Source: Lytechinus pictus (taxonomy: Eukaryota). From it: a DNA stretch of 64,000 bases. The stretch is from positions 18,106,001 through 18,170,000 of the forward strand of contig NC_087252.1 in assembly GCF_037042905.1 (NCBI RefSeq), read 5' to 3'. Positions within the stretch are counted from its first letter, which is position 1. The number at the start of each line of letters is the position of its first letter. Positions 1-12,649 of the stretch are shown here, piece by piece. The translations under genes were made by a program, and so were the position numbers. The notes beneath the pieces were generated by a model. That model worked only from the letters and a program-made list of their open reading frames with translations, was not told where the DNA came from and searched no databases.

Positions 1-328
1 GGAGGGGGAAGAAAAAAGAGGAAGCGGGGAAAGAAGATGGGGGGAAGAGAGAGGAAGAAGGGAAAGGAAAGGGAGAAAAAGGAGAGAGAGGAAAAGGGAA
101 GAAAGAAGAGAAAAAAGAGAGAGAAGGGGGGAAGAAAAGGGGAAAGGAAGAGAAGAAAAGGGAGGGGGAGAGGGGGAAGAAAAAAGAGGAAGAGGGGAAA
201 GAAAAGGAAAAAAAGGAGAGAGGAAGAGGGAGGAAAGAAGAGAAAAAAAGAGAGAAAGAAAAGAAGAAAAGGGGAGAGGAAGAGGGGAAGGACGAGAAGA
301 AAAAAAGAGGAAGAGGAGGAAAGAAAAT
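1..328. repeat. Purine-only (G/A) low-complexity tract
   Basis: Almost exclusively A and G on the + strand; the R/K/E/G-rich ORF 37-330 is a by-product. Confidence 0.9.
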
Positions 329-2405
329 GATGTTCGAACCAAAAGGGCGCCGAAATGATGTTCGAATGAATGTCAAAATGATGTTCGAACTGGGGGCGCC
401 AGATTGATACTCGAGCAAGGGGGGGGGGCGAAATGATATTCGAACTAGGGGCGCCAAATTGATGTTGGACCTACATGTAGGGGCACCGAATTGATATTCG
501 AACTAGGAGGGCGCCGAAATGATGTTCGAAGGGATGTTAAAATGATGTTCGAACTGGGGGCGCCAAATTGATACTCGAACTAGGGGGGGGGGGGAGGGGG
601 CCGAATCGATGTTCGAACTAGGGGGACGCCAAATTGATACTCGAAATAGGGGGGCTCAAAATTGATGTTGGAACTAGGGGGCGCCAAATTGATACTCGAG
701 CTAGGGGGGCCGAAATGATATTCGAACTAGAGGCGCCAAATTGATGTTGGACCTACATGTAGGGGCGCCGAATTGATATTCGGAACTAGGAGGACGCCGA
801 AATGATGTTCGAAGGGATGTTAAAATGATGTTCGAACTTGGGGCGCCAAATTGATACTAGAACTAGGGGGGGGGGAGGGGCCGAATCGATGTTCGAACTA
901 GGGGGACGCCAAATTGATACTCGAACTAGGGGGGCTCAGAATTGATGTTGGAACTAGGGGGCGCCAAATTGATACTCGAGCAAGGGGGGGGGGGCGAAAT
1001 GATATTCGAACTAGGGGCGCCAAATTGATGTTGGACCTACATGTAGGGGCACCGAATTGATATTCGAACTAGGAGGGCGCCGAAATGATGTTCGAAGGGA
1101 TGTTAAAATGATGTTCGAACTGGGGGCGCCAAATTGATACTCGAACTAGGGGGGGGGGAGGGGGCCGAATCGATGTTCGAACTAGGGGGACGCCAAATTG
1201 ATACTCGAAATAGGGGGGCTCAGAATTGATGTTGGAACTAGGGGGCGCCAAATTGATACTCGAGCTAGGGTGGCCGAAATGATATTCGAACTAGAGGCGC
1301 CAAATTGATGTTGGACCTACATGTAGGGGCGCCGAATTGATATTCGGAACTAGGAGGACGCCGAAATGATGTTCGAAGGGATGTTAAAATGATGTTCGAA
1401 CTTGGGGCGCCAAATTGATACTAGAACTAGGGGGGGGGGAGGGGCCGAATCGATGTTCGAACTAGGGGGACGCCAAATTGATACTCGAACTAGGGGGGCT
1501 CAGAATTGATGTTGGAACTAGGGTGCGCCAAATTGATACTCGAACTATGGGGCGCCAAATTGATGTTGGACCTCCATGTAGGGGCGCCGAATTGATATTC
1601 GATCTAGGAAGGCGCCAAAATGATGTTCGAAGGGATGTTAAAATGATGTTCGAACTGGGGGCGCCAAATTGATACTCGAACTAGGGGGGAGGGGGCGAAT
1701 CGATGTTCGAGCTAGGGGGGCGCCAAACTGATACTCAAACTAGGGGGGCGCCGAATTGATGTTCGAACTAGGGGGGCGCCAAATTGATGTTCGAACTGGG
1801 GGTCGAATTGATGTTCGAACGGGGGGGGGGCGAATTGATGATCGACCTACATGTAGGGGCGCCGAATTGATACTCGAACTAGGGGGGGGGGGCGCCGAAT
1901 CGATGTTCGAACTAGGGTCACCACATTGATGTTTGAACTAGGGGGCGCCGAATTGATATTCGAACTAGGGGCGCCAATTTGATGTTCCAACTGGGGGCGC
2001 CAAATTGATGTTCGACCTAGGGAGGCCAAATAGATGTTCGACGTAGGGGGGCGCCGATTGAATATTCGAACTAGGGTCGCCAAATTTATGTTCGAACTAG
2101 GGGGCGCCGAATTGCTATTCGAACTTGGGGCGCCAAATTGATGTTCGAACGAGGGGGGCGCCAAATTGATGTTCGAACTAGGCGGCGCCAAAATGACGTT
2201 CGAACTATGGGGCGCCGAATTGATGTTTGAACAAGGGGGAGGGGGCGAATTAATTTTCGAACTAGATGGGGGCGCCAAATTGATGTTTGAACTGGGCGGG
2301 CGCCAAATTGATGTTCGAACTAGGGGAGCGCCGAATTGATGTTCAAACTAGCGGGGCGCCAAATTGATGTTCGAACTAGGAGAGCGCTAATTTGATGTTT
2401 GACCA
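329..2405. repeat. ~28-30 bp minisatellite (consensus approx. GGGGGCGCCAAATTGATGTTCGAACTA) with ~282-bp higher-order repeat
   Basis: Dozens of tandem copies. The landmark variant CTACATGTAG recurs at 471, 753, 1037 and 1317. Confidence 0.95.
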
Positions 2406-3565
2406 TAAGGCGACATGTTTCAGAAGGGGGAGGGCAAAGTGATATTTCATTTCATTTCATTTATTTCACATTAAAAACCAATACACACAATTACAAAAGA
2501 CAGAAAAGGAAATTACTCCATGTATATATAAAAGAGAGAGAGAAAAAAAAAATTAAAATACAATGGTAAATAATGTTATAATGTCTCTTTTTGGTCTGAA
2601 TATCAAAAAATTTCAGCTCGCGCTTCGCGATCGCATTATTTAATCAGTGACATACTTATCTGTTTAATGGCATTGCATGTCCTTAAAATTTCTCTATTAG
2701 GTCAGCATACCTGGCAACTGAGCGCGCTCCCTAAGTGACACCAAATTTGTGGTGGTGCCCCCCCCCCCCCCCAATGCCGTGACCCACGGTACGTCACTGT
2801 ACCTATATATTCTGTAACAAACTACTTGAATTCCCCCCATTTAAACATTTCGGATCGCGATTTGCGCTCGCATTATTTGCTATAAATGTATCAACCCATG
2901 AATGCTGTTCATGATTACAAAAAATATAAAATATCCAGTTTTTCAGGCCTCATGCACTGTCAACAGATTTCACACACTCATTAGGCTTATTAAATTAATA
3001 AATGAAGAGCTCACTTGCAAAAGGGGTTAGGTCCATTTTTCATCAAATTTGATTTTTATGTCTCAATGTATAGATTTTTAGTAGCTCTATGAGATGATAC
3101 CAAAGAAAAGTTGAAATTCCTATTAAAAAGTGAACTAAAATGGCAAAGAAAAGCCACTTTTTTTCAAAAGGGTTTAGGTCCATTTCAGTTTAGTTGCAAA
3201 AGGGGTTAGGTCCAAACATAATTTTTTTGGAAAAGTATATTATAAAATATATGAAGACAGGTAGATTTCTTTTATACCCAATTTAATGTTCTCATGGAAG
3301 GGTATCATGAAAATTCAGTTTCGCATAAAAATATTGCAATATGGGAGAATTAAAAAAAATATTTTCTTGGAGTGGACCTAACCCCTTTTGCAACAAAACT
3401 CTTCTGAAGAACTCATTTGTCAAAATGGGTTAAGTCCATTTTTCATAAATTTTATTGTTTTCTGTCTCTAAACCTCTAAATTTTTAGTCACTCTGATGAT
3501 ATGAAAGAAAATTTGAAATTCAAATGAAAACGTGAATGAAGGTGGCAAAGAAAAATCACAATTTT

Positions 3566-4523
3566 AATCAATGAAGAGGAAATTGAAATAGTTCATAAGT
3601 TCAAATACTTAGGTACCATTATTGACGATGGATTAAAATGGGGAGATCAATGCAATTCAATTTACAAGAAGGCAATACAACGGATGTATTTCATAAGAAA
3701 ATTGAAGTCATTCCATGTTGACCGCACCATAATGGTTTTATTCTATAGATCACTTATTGAAAGCATCCTCATATTTGATTGTGTGGTTTGGTTCACAAGC
3801 TGTCGCAAAAAAGATATGAATATACTAAGTAGAATGGTCAGACAAGCAGAACAAATAACAGGACCCGACCTTAACCTCACTGATGTATGTCGAAACAGAA
3901 TACTTGAAAAGGCAAAAGAGATACTATACAATAATGATCACCCATTGAATGTAAACTACGAAAGGATGAGATCTGATAATAGACTACGGTCGGCACGTTG
4001 TCGAACAAATAGGTTCTTAAACTCATTCGTGCCAAGCTCAATCCGAATGCTGAATGAGGAAGGGATTGTATAAGAATAATGATATGCCTAATAATGTAAA
4101 TTTACCTTGTCGGGTAGTTGATGTTAATTCTTTAAAACAACAATATTGAAAATAAAAATAATATGTAAATACTGATAACAATAACAATTACAAGTGGACA
4201 ATGCTGTGAAGATTTATAGTACTGATTTATTACAATTCTAATGCAATTTCAATTCAATATCCGATATCTAACTTTCAGTTCAGATTTCCATTTCAATCTT
4301 AATTTTAATGTCAATAACAGTATTTTTTTCAAATGCTACCCAGTGGGTAGCATTTGCACGTGTATATCATAATTGACTATATGTGATTGTTTGATTTTCT
4401 GTAAATATGTTCATTTTCTATGCTATGTTATGTATGTTCAATACCATGTAAAAATGCAAATTTCCACTTATTTATTTATCTGGACAATAAATACTACCTT
4501 ATGAACCTTATGAACCTTATGAA
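3566..4523 (+). mobile_element. 5'-truncated non-LTR retrotransposon (Rex1/L2-group-like) 3' end
   Basis: The frame reads IEIVHKFKYLGTIIDDGLKW...RMYFIRKLKSF...LFYRSLIESIL...CRTNRFLNSFVPSSIRMLN (RT C-terminus/thumb; ORF 3684-4073 extends upstream). It is followed by a 3' UTR and an (ACCTTATGA)3 tail. Confidence 0.85.
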
Positions 4524-4595
4524 AAGAGATTGGACTCATTTCAGTTTAGTTGCAAAAGGGGTTAGGTCCACAATGATAATTTTTTAAAAGATATA

Positions 4596-5415
4596 CAGTG
4601 CGTCCCACAAAAAACGAAACCGAGATTTATCGATAATTTATCATAACTTAATCCCAAAAAAAATAGACAAATGACCTACCATTGTAAAGCTTAGAATCTC
4701 CTCTTTTATCTGAAATTACTTGGATTATTTCTCATTCACGCATGAGTGAGCAAAAACAATTTGAAGAGAGGATACCAAAAAGTCATTTGGCGGGCTGTAT
4801 CTGGGTTTCAAAAAGAAAACCACATTTAAAAAAAATTCAATATCTGCTCTTTAATTTGATACCTCAATTACAGAAAATGGTCAAGAAATAACAAAGTTCT
4901 AGTTGTTTGAAATAAGGCTTGAATTTCAATAATTTCATAAAATTGAGAGGTTCTGCAGGCTAGCTTTCAAACTCACTTGACACTCCGTTTTGTTGACGAT
5001 CAGCCATGCATTAAGTCTTTTGTTAACCATGCGATAGCTTCTGTGGGAAACCGCTGGAAACACGTTTATTTAATGAAATTATGGAAATACAAGCTTTGTT
5101 TTGAGGGAATATAACTTGTTTACTTGTTGACCAATTTTGATGATTAAGGTATCAAATAAAAGAGCAGATATTGAACTTTTTAGGCATGTGATTTTCTTTT
5201 TGAAATTCAGATACCCCCCGCCAAATGAGTTTTTGGTATTCTTTCTTCAAATTGTTTTTGCTCACTCATGCGTGAATGGGGAATAATCTAAGTAATATCA
5301 GATGAAAGAGGAGATTCTAAGCTTTACATTGGTAGGTCATTTGTCTATTGTATTTGTGATTAAGTTATGATAAATCATCGCTTAATCTCGGTTTCGTTTT
5401 TTCTGGGACGCACTG
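4596..5415. mobile_element. Tc1/mariner-type MITE with long TIRs
   Basis: Termini CAGTGCGTCCCA...TGGGACGCACTG, TA on both sides (4594-4595, 5416-5417), about 300 bp of inverted similarity. Confidence 0.9.
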
Positions 5416-7734
5416 TATAGAAAAAAATTGAAGACAGGTAGATTTCTTTTATACCCAATTTTATGTTCACATGATAGGGTAGTACATCATGACAATTTAG
5501 TTTCTCATAAGACTTTTGCAATAAGTGAGAATAAAAAACATGGTTTTTCTCGGAATGGTCCAAAGTGGACCTAACCCCTTTTGCAACTAAACTCTTCAAA
5601 TATGAAATACAATTTTTATGAATTCATAACTAAATTGTCCTTTTTCAAAAAAAAATATCGACACGTTCTAGGAAGAGGAATAAAAGATAGGCATCATTTT
5701 TATATGACAAAATGTCCTTAGGCCTAAAATGTCTCGATCCTATATAATAATAAAATATCAGCTCGCGCTTCGCGCTCGAATCATTTATTAAGTACTTTCC
5801 ACATCCACTTCACAATTCCCCTATATACACAGTGCTTTAAATATTGCTTAAATTGACCCATTTCATATCGGAATTTCAAATATTATTTCCAGCTCGCGAT
5901 CCGCGCTCGCATTATTGATTTTCATGATGAAAAATGAAATGTATTCAGAATGCCCAGATTTTGTCTAACTCTAAAACACGTGCATGCATGTTTATCGAGA
6001 TACGCATCTTGATCTTATTAAAAACGTGCTAAAATTTTCTGCTCGCGCTTTGCGCTCGCATTATTAATGTAGGAAGATACCAAAAACTACCCATCATTTT
6101 TCATGAGTGACAAAACATGAATCGAGTGTCCCGTTGGGGGTTTGAAATCTAATTTTTTAGGTTGGAATATCAAAAATGTTCAGCTCGCGCTTCGCGCTCG
6201 CATTATTTAATCGTTGAAATATGTATTGTCTTAATGGCTAACTGCAAAACTTCCTTAACAGGTCCCTTTTCGACCAGGTCAGAACGCACATTAAAAATTT
6301 CTGCTCGCGCTTCGCGCTCGTAGTAATTATCTAGTTACATACGCATCTTGTTCAGGTTCACAAACATTGCCCAGAATGTTCAATTTTCAGGTCAAAATAC
6401 ATGAAATTTATTTTTTTTTCCTCGCATAGGGCTTATGAGATTATTGCACATTAATGTTGTTTATAAAGTAAAGCTAGGAAATGACTGTTAGGACATGGGC
6501 GTTTTGTCCCCCCCCAAAAAAAAAAAAAAAAAATCACGACCAAGAAAAAAAAGGGAGAAAAGGAAAGGGATTATGGTGAAATATAATATTATTTTCCAAA
6601 TTTTATGTCAAAATATATCGCGCTTCGCGTTATCATTATTTATTTAGGCCTTGTGAGATACCTCAATGTGTTTTTAAGAATAAAATTTCGCGCTCCCAAT
6701 TATATTACATTATATATTCATGGATTTTTTGTTCAAGAACACATTAAAAAAGTGGTCTTTAATTGCCTTTTTTTATGTGATTATGTAATAAGATAATTCA
6801 AAATACATTCAAGGCATTTAAGCTACATTTAAGTTAGCCTGGCCGGGAGGGAGGGGGCGCCATTTTTCGAAAAGTACACATGGGCGCCAAAAATCAGGTC
6901 AAATTTGGGCCCCCCTCCCCACAAAATTTTGGATCCGCGCCTGGGCTATATCCCCGACAAAAACAACACAAGCAAACATTGGCACGTGCTCAAATGAAAC
7001 ACAGCCAAACAAAGTCCCAAAGCACTCCCAATCCCCCTGTTTCTATAAAGAAAAAAAAATCAAACAGTCCCGAGATTCACCTATTGGTAACCAAACACCC
7101 AATCCCTATATAACAATGTACAAAAGTCATGATATTGGATTACATATAAGCTTATTAAAGGTGTTACACTTTAAAGAAAAAAAAACACACACACTAGTTT
7201 CCATCATTAATGCCAGGAATAAAGGACGAAATACTTATGTGACAATAAATTCCACTGTAGGTAATACATTTATGTACCTAATCATTGGTTCAAAACAACA
7301 AACCTTGCAGTTTGGGACATTGTATCGAGGATAACCTTCTGAATATTTAGTTCCATCTTACACAAAAGGAACACCTGGTATTCTTTTCTTTCTTAAAAAC
7401 TAAGCAAACTAACACTTGGAGCATACATGCGCCAAAAAAATATAAAAAAACAAACTATTACAATAATAGGCCCGTTCCACATTTTGAAATTGTTACACAT
7501 TCTTTAAACTTTTCCTTTTTTAAATGCACTACATGTATGTATGCTCAATACAAAATGTCTGAATTGCGGTATTCAACATGTTGTTCTTTTGTGAAACCCA
7601 AGACTTACGTCCTTTTCTTCTACTGAATGTGAGAAAAAAAAACCCGTCAGTATTGCTCGTTGATATAATTTCACCAAATTGTATGCACTCACTTTAGTTT
7701 ACTTTAATTTACTTAATTAATGCAAGGGTGAAGG

Positions 7735-7874
7735 GTAGAAATTTAGGGTTCATTAGGACAGGGGCGTCGATCCATTTTTCAGATGGGGGGGGGGGGCAAA
7801 ATCATGAATGAACGTTCCAAAGGCGCTCCGCTCGATCATACAAAACACCCCCCCCCCCACACAAACACATAGGC

Positions 7875-7915
<41 letters not shown>

Positions 7916-9120
7916 CTCATGAGATACAGACATGTATCTCACCAACAAATTAATGCGAGCGCGAAGCGCGAGCTGAAATTTTTTAGTATATATACTGACC
8001 TTAAAACAGGAAAACTGTACCTGTTTAGGACTGTTTGTATAGTAACTCATGAGAAGGATACATATCTCACTACACAGATAATGCGAGTGCCGAGAGCGAG
8101 CTGAAATTTCTTTATATTCTGACCTGAAAGCTTGATATTCTAAATATTTTTGGTACCAATGATTAAGATTGGTATTTAAAAGAACAAATCTCTCTCTACA
8201 ACCTCTCAAAATAGATGCGAGCGCGGAGCGCGAGCTGAAAATTTTGATATTTCGATCGGAAAAAAAAAGCTGACATTTTGAGCACGATTTGAAATAGAGA
8301 ACGAGTTGTGTATCTCAATCTCGCTTGCTGAACATTACAATCTTATTTTATTTTTGCACATCCAGAATTATTGGGGGGGCAAAACAATATGTTTGCCCCC
8401 CAATATTTTCATTGGTGGGGCGATCGCCCCCCCCCCTGGCCCCCCCCCCCCCCCAGGATCGACGCCTCTGCATTAGGAAGTATCTCACTAAGTCTTGTAC
8501 AGAGAAGATTACACAGGCACTTATTACATCCCGTCTTGATTTTTGCAATGCTTTAGTATAATAATGTTTCACAATCTCAGTTAGATCGCCTTAGGAAACT
8601 CCAACATAATGCTGCCCGTATCGTCACCATGTCCCCCAAGAGGAATCACACACCCCCATTCTCAAATCTCCTCACTGGTTAACTGTTGTACAGCGCATAA
8701 CTTTTAAAATTCTCCCACTTGTTTTCCATTCAATACACAGAACTGCAACTCAATACAACTCTTCCTTGATTACTCCTTACAATCCCTCTCGCAACCTTAG
8801 GTCTTCTAGTTCATCCTTACTCACTGTACCACAATCTCATAATTCATGGGGGGATCGATCATTTCAACATGCTGGGCCATTCCTTTGGAATAAACTCCCA
8901 AAAGAAATCCGCAATATTTCTTGTCTCACCACTTTCAAAAGTTCTCTGAAAACCTGGTTATTCACACAAGCTTTAAGGTAATTGTTATTCGCCCCCTCAT
9001 TTTAGTAGGTTTTCTATTTTCCTTCCTTTCTTTCTCTTTTCCTTTTCTTTTCTTTTCTTTATTGCGCCATGAGCATCTTTTTATGATGAATACCGGCGCT
9101 TTACAAATGTTCATATTATT
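7735..9120 (+). mobile_element. L2-clade LINE 3' remnant, interrupted by the hAT-like element
   Basis: RNLGF|IRKYL...ALITSRLDFCNAL...LQHNAARIV...LHWL...RITFKI...YNPSRNLRS...GDRSF...LWNKLP...FKSSLKTWLF, with stops and frameshifts; L2-like 3' end GCGCTTTACAAAT..TATTATT. Confidence 0.85.
7759..8470. mobile_element. hAT-like non-autonomous element
   Basis: TIRs CAGGGGCGTCGATCC / GGATCGACGCCTCTG (14/15 match); perfect 8-bp TSD CATTAGGA (7751-7758, 8471-8478). Confidence 0.9.
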
Positions 9121-9684
9121 GTACTCTTGCTAAACTCACCAATAATGCTTTCGTGCATTGTTCTTTATACCCCTAATCAATCACTCCCATTTCCATCATT
9201 TTAAACACAAAAACATTCATCGTGTCCCTCTTTTCTCAATGTTATACACACCAATCCTCCCGTTGGTGAGCATTATATATTTAAGCGGCCGATCGGGGAT
9301 AATGTAACGGGAATCCCCCTCCCCCCTCCCGCATTGTGGAAAGCTGGATCAGCCCCGGTTATGATCTACAAAGGGTTCACTCTTTGTTGGCATCTCTTAA
9401 TATCAACATGATTATAACTTCCTCATTTTAATTTTTCTTTCCCTATCTACTTTTTTGGTAATATTTCTATTATTTTGTGCAATAAAAGATAAGTCTCTTT
9501 TATTGCACTATTTGTCTGATTTTCCTTCCCTTTTCCTTTTGAGGCCTTTATCAATTTCAAGCTCTAAGCTTAAGCTGAAGGTCTCCCACATTTCAAAATG
9601 TATTATTGTTGATATATGTATATATATATTTTTTCTGCTATTTTTTTAACAATAAAAAAAGAAGAAATTTATCAGGTATAAGTA

Positions 9685-10399
9685 CACTGTTGGTCATAAT
9701 GGTGGAATAATTATTTTTACCCCAGTTTAGGGAAGGATTTAAAAAAATTATTTATTTCTAATAGATCTAGATAATGGCATACATTCTCAGATTTTATTGA
9801 ATATTGATTTGCGAGTGTTTCTTTTGCGTGACTGCTAAAACATATGTGTGCTACTATGCTAATCAGCTAGGGAACCTACGTCCTTAAATCATAATTGACA
9901 GTAATGAGGCTCTGTGTGGCCATGCCTTGAACCATAATGCATGGCCCTACAGAGGAATTTTTCCTGTTGGGGGCCGGGGGAAAATGCAATAAATTTTTGA
10001 CAATTTATTGCATTTTCTTCGTTTTGGGGGATTTGTGGAAGGGGCCGCGTACCCTAGCAAACACTGCGTACAGTCATGATTCAGGGGCTAAGCAATGGCC
10101 TCGTTACTGTGAGGCCCCAGGATAAAAATCGTGTCGATCAGCTATATATCAGTGCCCTATTGTGAGGCATTAATCCTCATTACTGTCAATCATGACTTAA
10201 GGACGTAGGTCCCTTAGCTGATTAGCATAGTAACACACATATGATGAAGCAGTCACGCAAAACAAATACTCGCAAATTAGTATTCAATAAAATCTGAGAA
10301 TGTATGCCATTATCTAGATCTATTAGAAATAAATAATTTTTAAAAATCCTTCCCTAAACTGGGGTAAAAATAAATATTCCACCTTTATGACCAACAGTG
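9685..10399. mobile_element. Tc1/mariner-type MITE
   Basis: Termini CACTGTTGGTCATAA...TTATGACCAACAGTG, TA TSD, about 220-bp TIRs. Confidence 0.9.
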
Positions 10400-10681
10400 T
10401 ATATTTCAATTAGATTGTATATTATGCATATGTTATTAATTATATCATTTGCTTATTATGTTATGCTAAGAAAAAAAATGATTACACTTGTATATACTTT
10501 TTTTGGAATGTGGAAATAAATAAATCAAATCAAATCAAATAATTCGGAACCCCCTCGTAGAAAATCATGGCTTCGGCCCTGATATGCACGAACACAACAC
10601 CCATGAGCATTCCTCATGCAACATACACACACATAGGCCTACTGTTCGGTGGATACGAATTGAAATGTATTCCATTTTTAA

Positions 10682-11254
10682 AGGAAAATGAAACCTTTGG
10701 AACAAGATAGCTTGTGTGAAAACAGAAAAATCAAAGAAACAGATCAACGAAAGTTTGAGAAAATTTGGACAAATAATAAGAAAGTTATGAGCATTTGAAT
10801 ATTGCGATCACTAATGCTATGGAGATCCTCAAATTCGCAATGCGACAAAGATGTGTGATGTCACTTGTGAACAAATTACTCTCCCCATTACTTTAGTATA
10901 TATTTCACTTAAATTGCCTCTTTATCACATCTATCAGTAGATCATGTGTTCTTTCGATAGGAGGGCATGTAATATAGATTTTTAAAGAATAAATCATGGA
11001 TAAAGAATTTGTATCACCATAAGAAAAAGCAAAAAGAGATATTTTGGGGGTATTTTATAGTCCATCAAAGGGAAAGTTGTTCACACATCCTTGTCGCATT
11101 GCCAATAGGAGGATCTCCATAGCATTAGTGATTGCAATATTCAAATGTTCATAACTTTCTCATTAGTCCGATTTTTCTCAAACTTTCTTTGTTCTTATTC
11201 TTTGATTTTTCTGTTTCGACACAAGCCTACTTGTTCCAAAGGTTTCATTCCCCT
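10682..11254. mobile_element. TTAA-targeting MITE (Kolobok-like)
   Basis: TTAA|AGGAAAATGAAACCTTTGGAACAAG ... CTTGTTCCAAAGGTTTCATTCCCCT|TTAA; long imperfect TIRs. Confidence 0.8.
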
Positions 11255-11742
11255 TTAAATTTCACATGGATTATGATTTTTTTTTTAAAGAACATTAAAT
11301 GTTAAGCTGTTATCATTTTTATCGTCATTAACATTGTCAGAACTAGGCGTAACGATCAGTAAAATTTTATTTACATTTATATTCTTTATTACCATTTTTA
11401 TTATGATCATATCGTTTGGATTATTATGATCATCATTAGTATTATTTTCATTTTTATTACCAGCAGAAGCTGTTATTAAAAATGACATACCCTCCAATAC
11501 AAATGCTATTATCTGGAGGTTACTCGCACGCAACCAACACACTTAATCCCATCCTTAAACCATTTGCTCAGATAAAATCGAAATTAAGCCTATGCTTGAT
11601 CCGGGCGCCTATTTTTAATGCAATACATGCTTTGGCCACAACACACACACATGTATCATCGTTCGTTATTACTATTATTGCATAATATCATGTTATCTTG
11701 TAATGACAACACCGTTTTTGTTACCAAAATGAACTAATTTCA

Positions 11743-12649
11743 TTTTCGGAAATACGAACCTTATGTAATTTTCGGATTAACGAACCTTCGGAATTACGAA
11801 CCTCATTTCGTTTTCGGATTGACGAACCTTCTGAATTACGAACCTCATTTCGTTTTCGGACTGACGAACCTTTGGAATTATGAACCTTATTTCGTTTTCG
11901 GATTAACGAACCTTCGGAATCATGAACCTTATTTCGTTTTCGGACTAACGAACCTTCGGAATAACGAACCTCATTTCGTTTTCGGACTAAAGAACCTTTG
12001 GAATTATGAACCTTATTTCGTTTTCGGATTAACGAACCTTCGGAATCATGAACCTTATTTCGTTTTCGGACTAACGAACCTTCGGAATAACGAACCTCAT
12101 TTCGTTTTCGGATTGACGAACCTTCTGAATTACGAACCTCATTTCGTTTTCGGACTGACGAACCTTTGGAATTATGAACCTTATTTCGTTTTCGGATTAA
12201 CGAACCTTCGGAATCATGAACCTTATTTCGTTTTCGGACTAACGAACCTTCGGAATAACGAACCTCATTTCGTTTTCGGACTAAAGAACCTTCGGAATTA
12301 TGAACCTTATTTCGTTTTCGGACTAAAGAACCTTCGGAATTACGAACCTTATTTCGTTTTCGGATTAACGAACCTTCGGAATAACGAACCTCATTTCGTT
12401 TTCGGACTAAAGAACCTTCTGAATTACGAACCTTATTTCGTTTTCGGATTAACGAACCTTCGGAATCATGAACCTTATTTCGTTTTCGGACTAACGAACC
12501 TTCGGAATAACGAACCTCATTTCGTTTTCGGACTAAAGAACCTTCGGAATTACGAACCTTATTTCGTTTTCGGACTAAAGAACCTTCGGAATTACGAACC
12601 TTATTTCGTTTTCGGATTAACGAACCTTCGGAATTACGAATGTATGCGC
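11743..12649. repeat. 39-bp tandem array (GAACCTTATTTCGTTTTCGGATTAACGAACCTTCGGAAT-like), one arm of a repeat-bearing element
   Basis: More than 20 near-identical units. Ends in GAATGTATGCGC, the reverse complement of the terminus at 15660. Confidence 0.95.

Larger units (their letters stand above)
3004..5597. mobile_element. Two tandem copies of a ~400-bp TIR element; the second copy is split by a LINE fragment and a MITE
   Basis: Copy 1 (3004-3404) starts GAAGAG..TTGCAAAAGGGGTTAGGTCCA and ends TGGACCTAACCCCTTTTGCAA..CTCTTC. Copy 2 starts at about 3406 and ends at 5597 with the same terminus; internal sequence is collinear once the insertions are removed. Confidence 0.75.

Noticed and set aside
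37..330. 97-aa Arg/Lys-rich ORF (protamine-like)
   Set aside because: A purine-only tract cannot contain stop codons; no other gene evidence.
329..2405. CRISPR-like array or coding ORFs (1069-1251, 1478-1672, 1847-2278)
   Set aside because: Contiguous tandem monomers with no unique spacers and no cas genes; the ORFs are repeat translations.
5755..6330. CRISPR array (conserved motif plus variable spacers)
   Set aside because: Spacers of 100-130 bp, degenerate repeats, eukaryotic transposon context, no cas genes.
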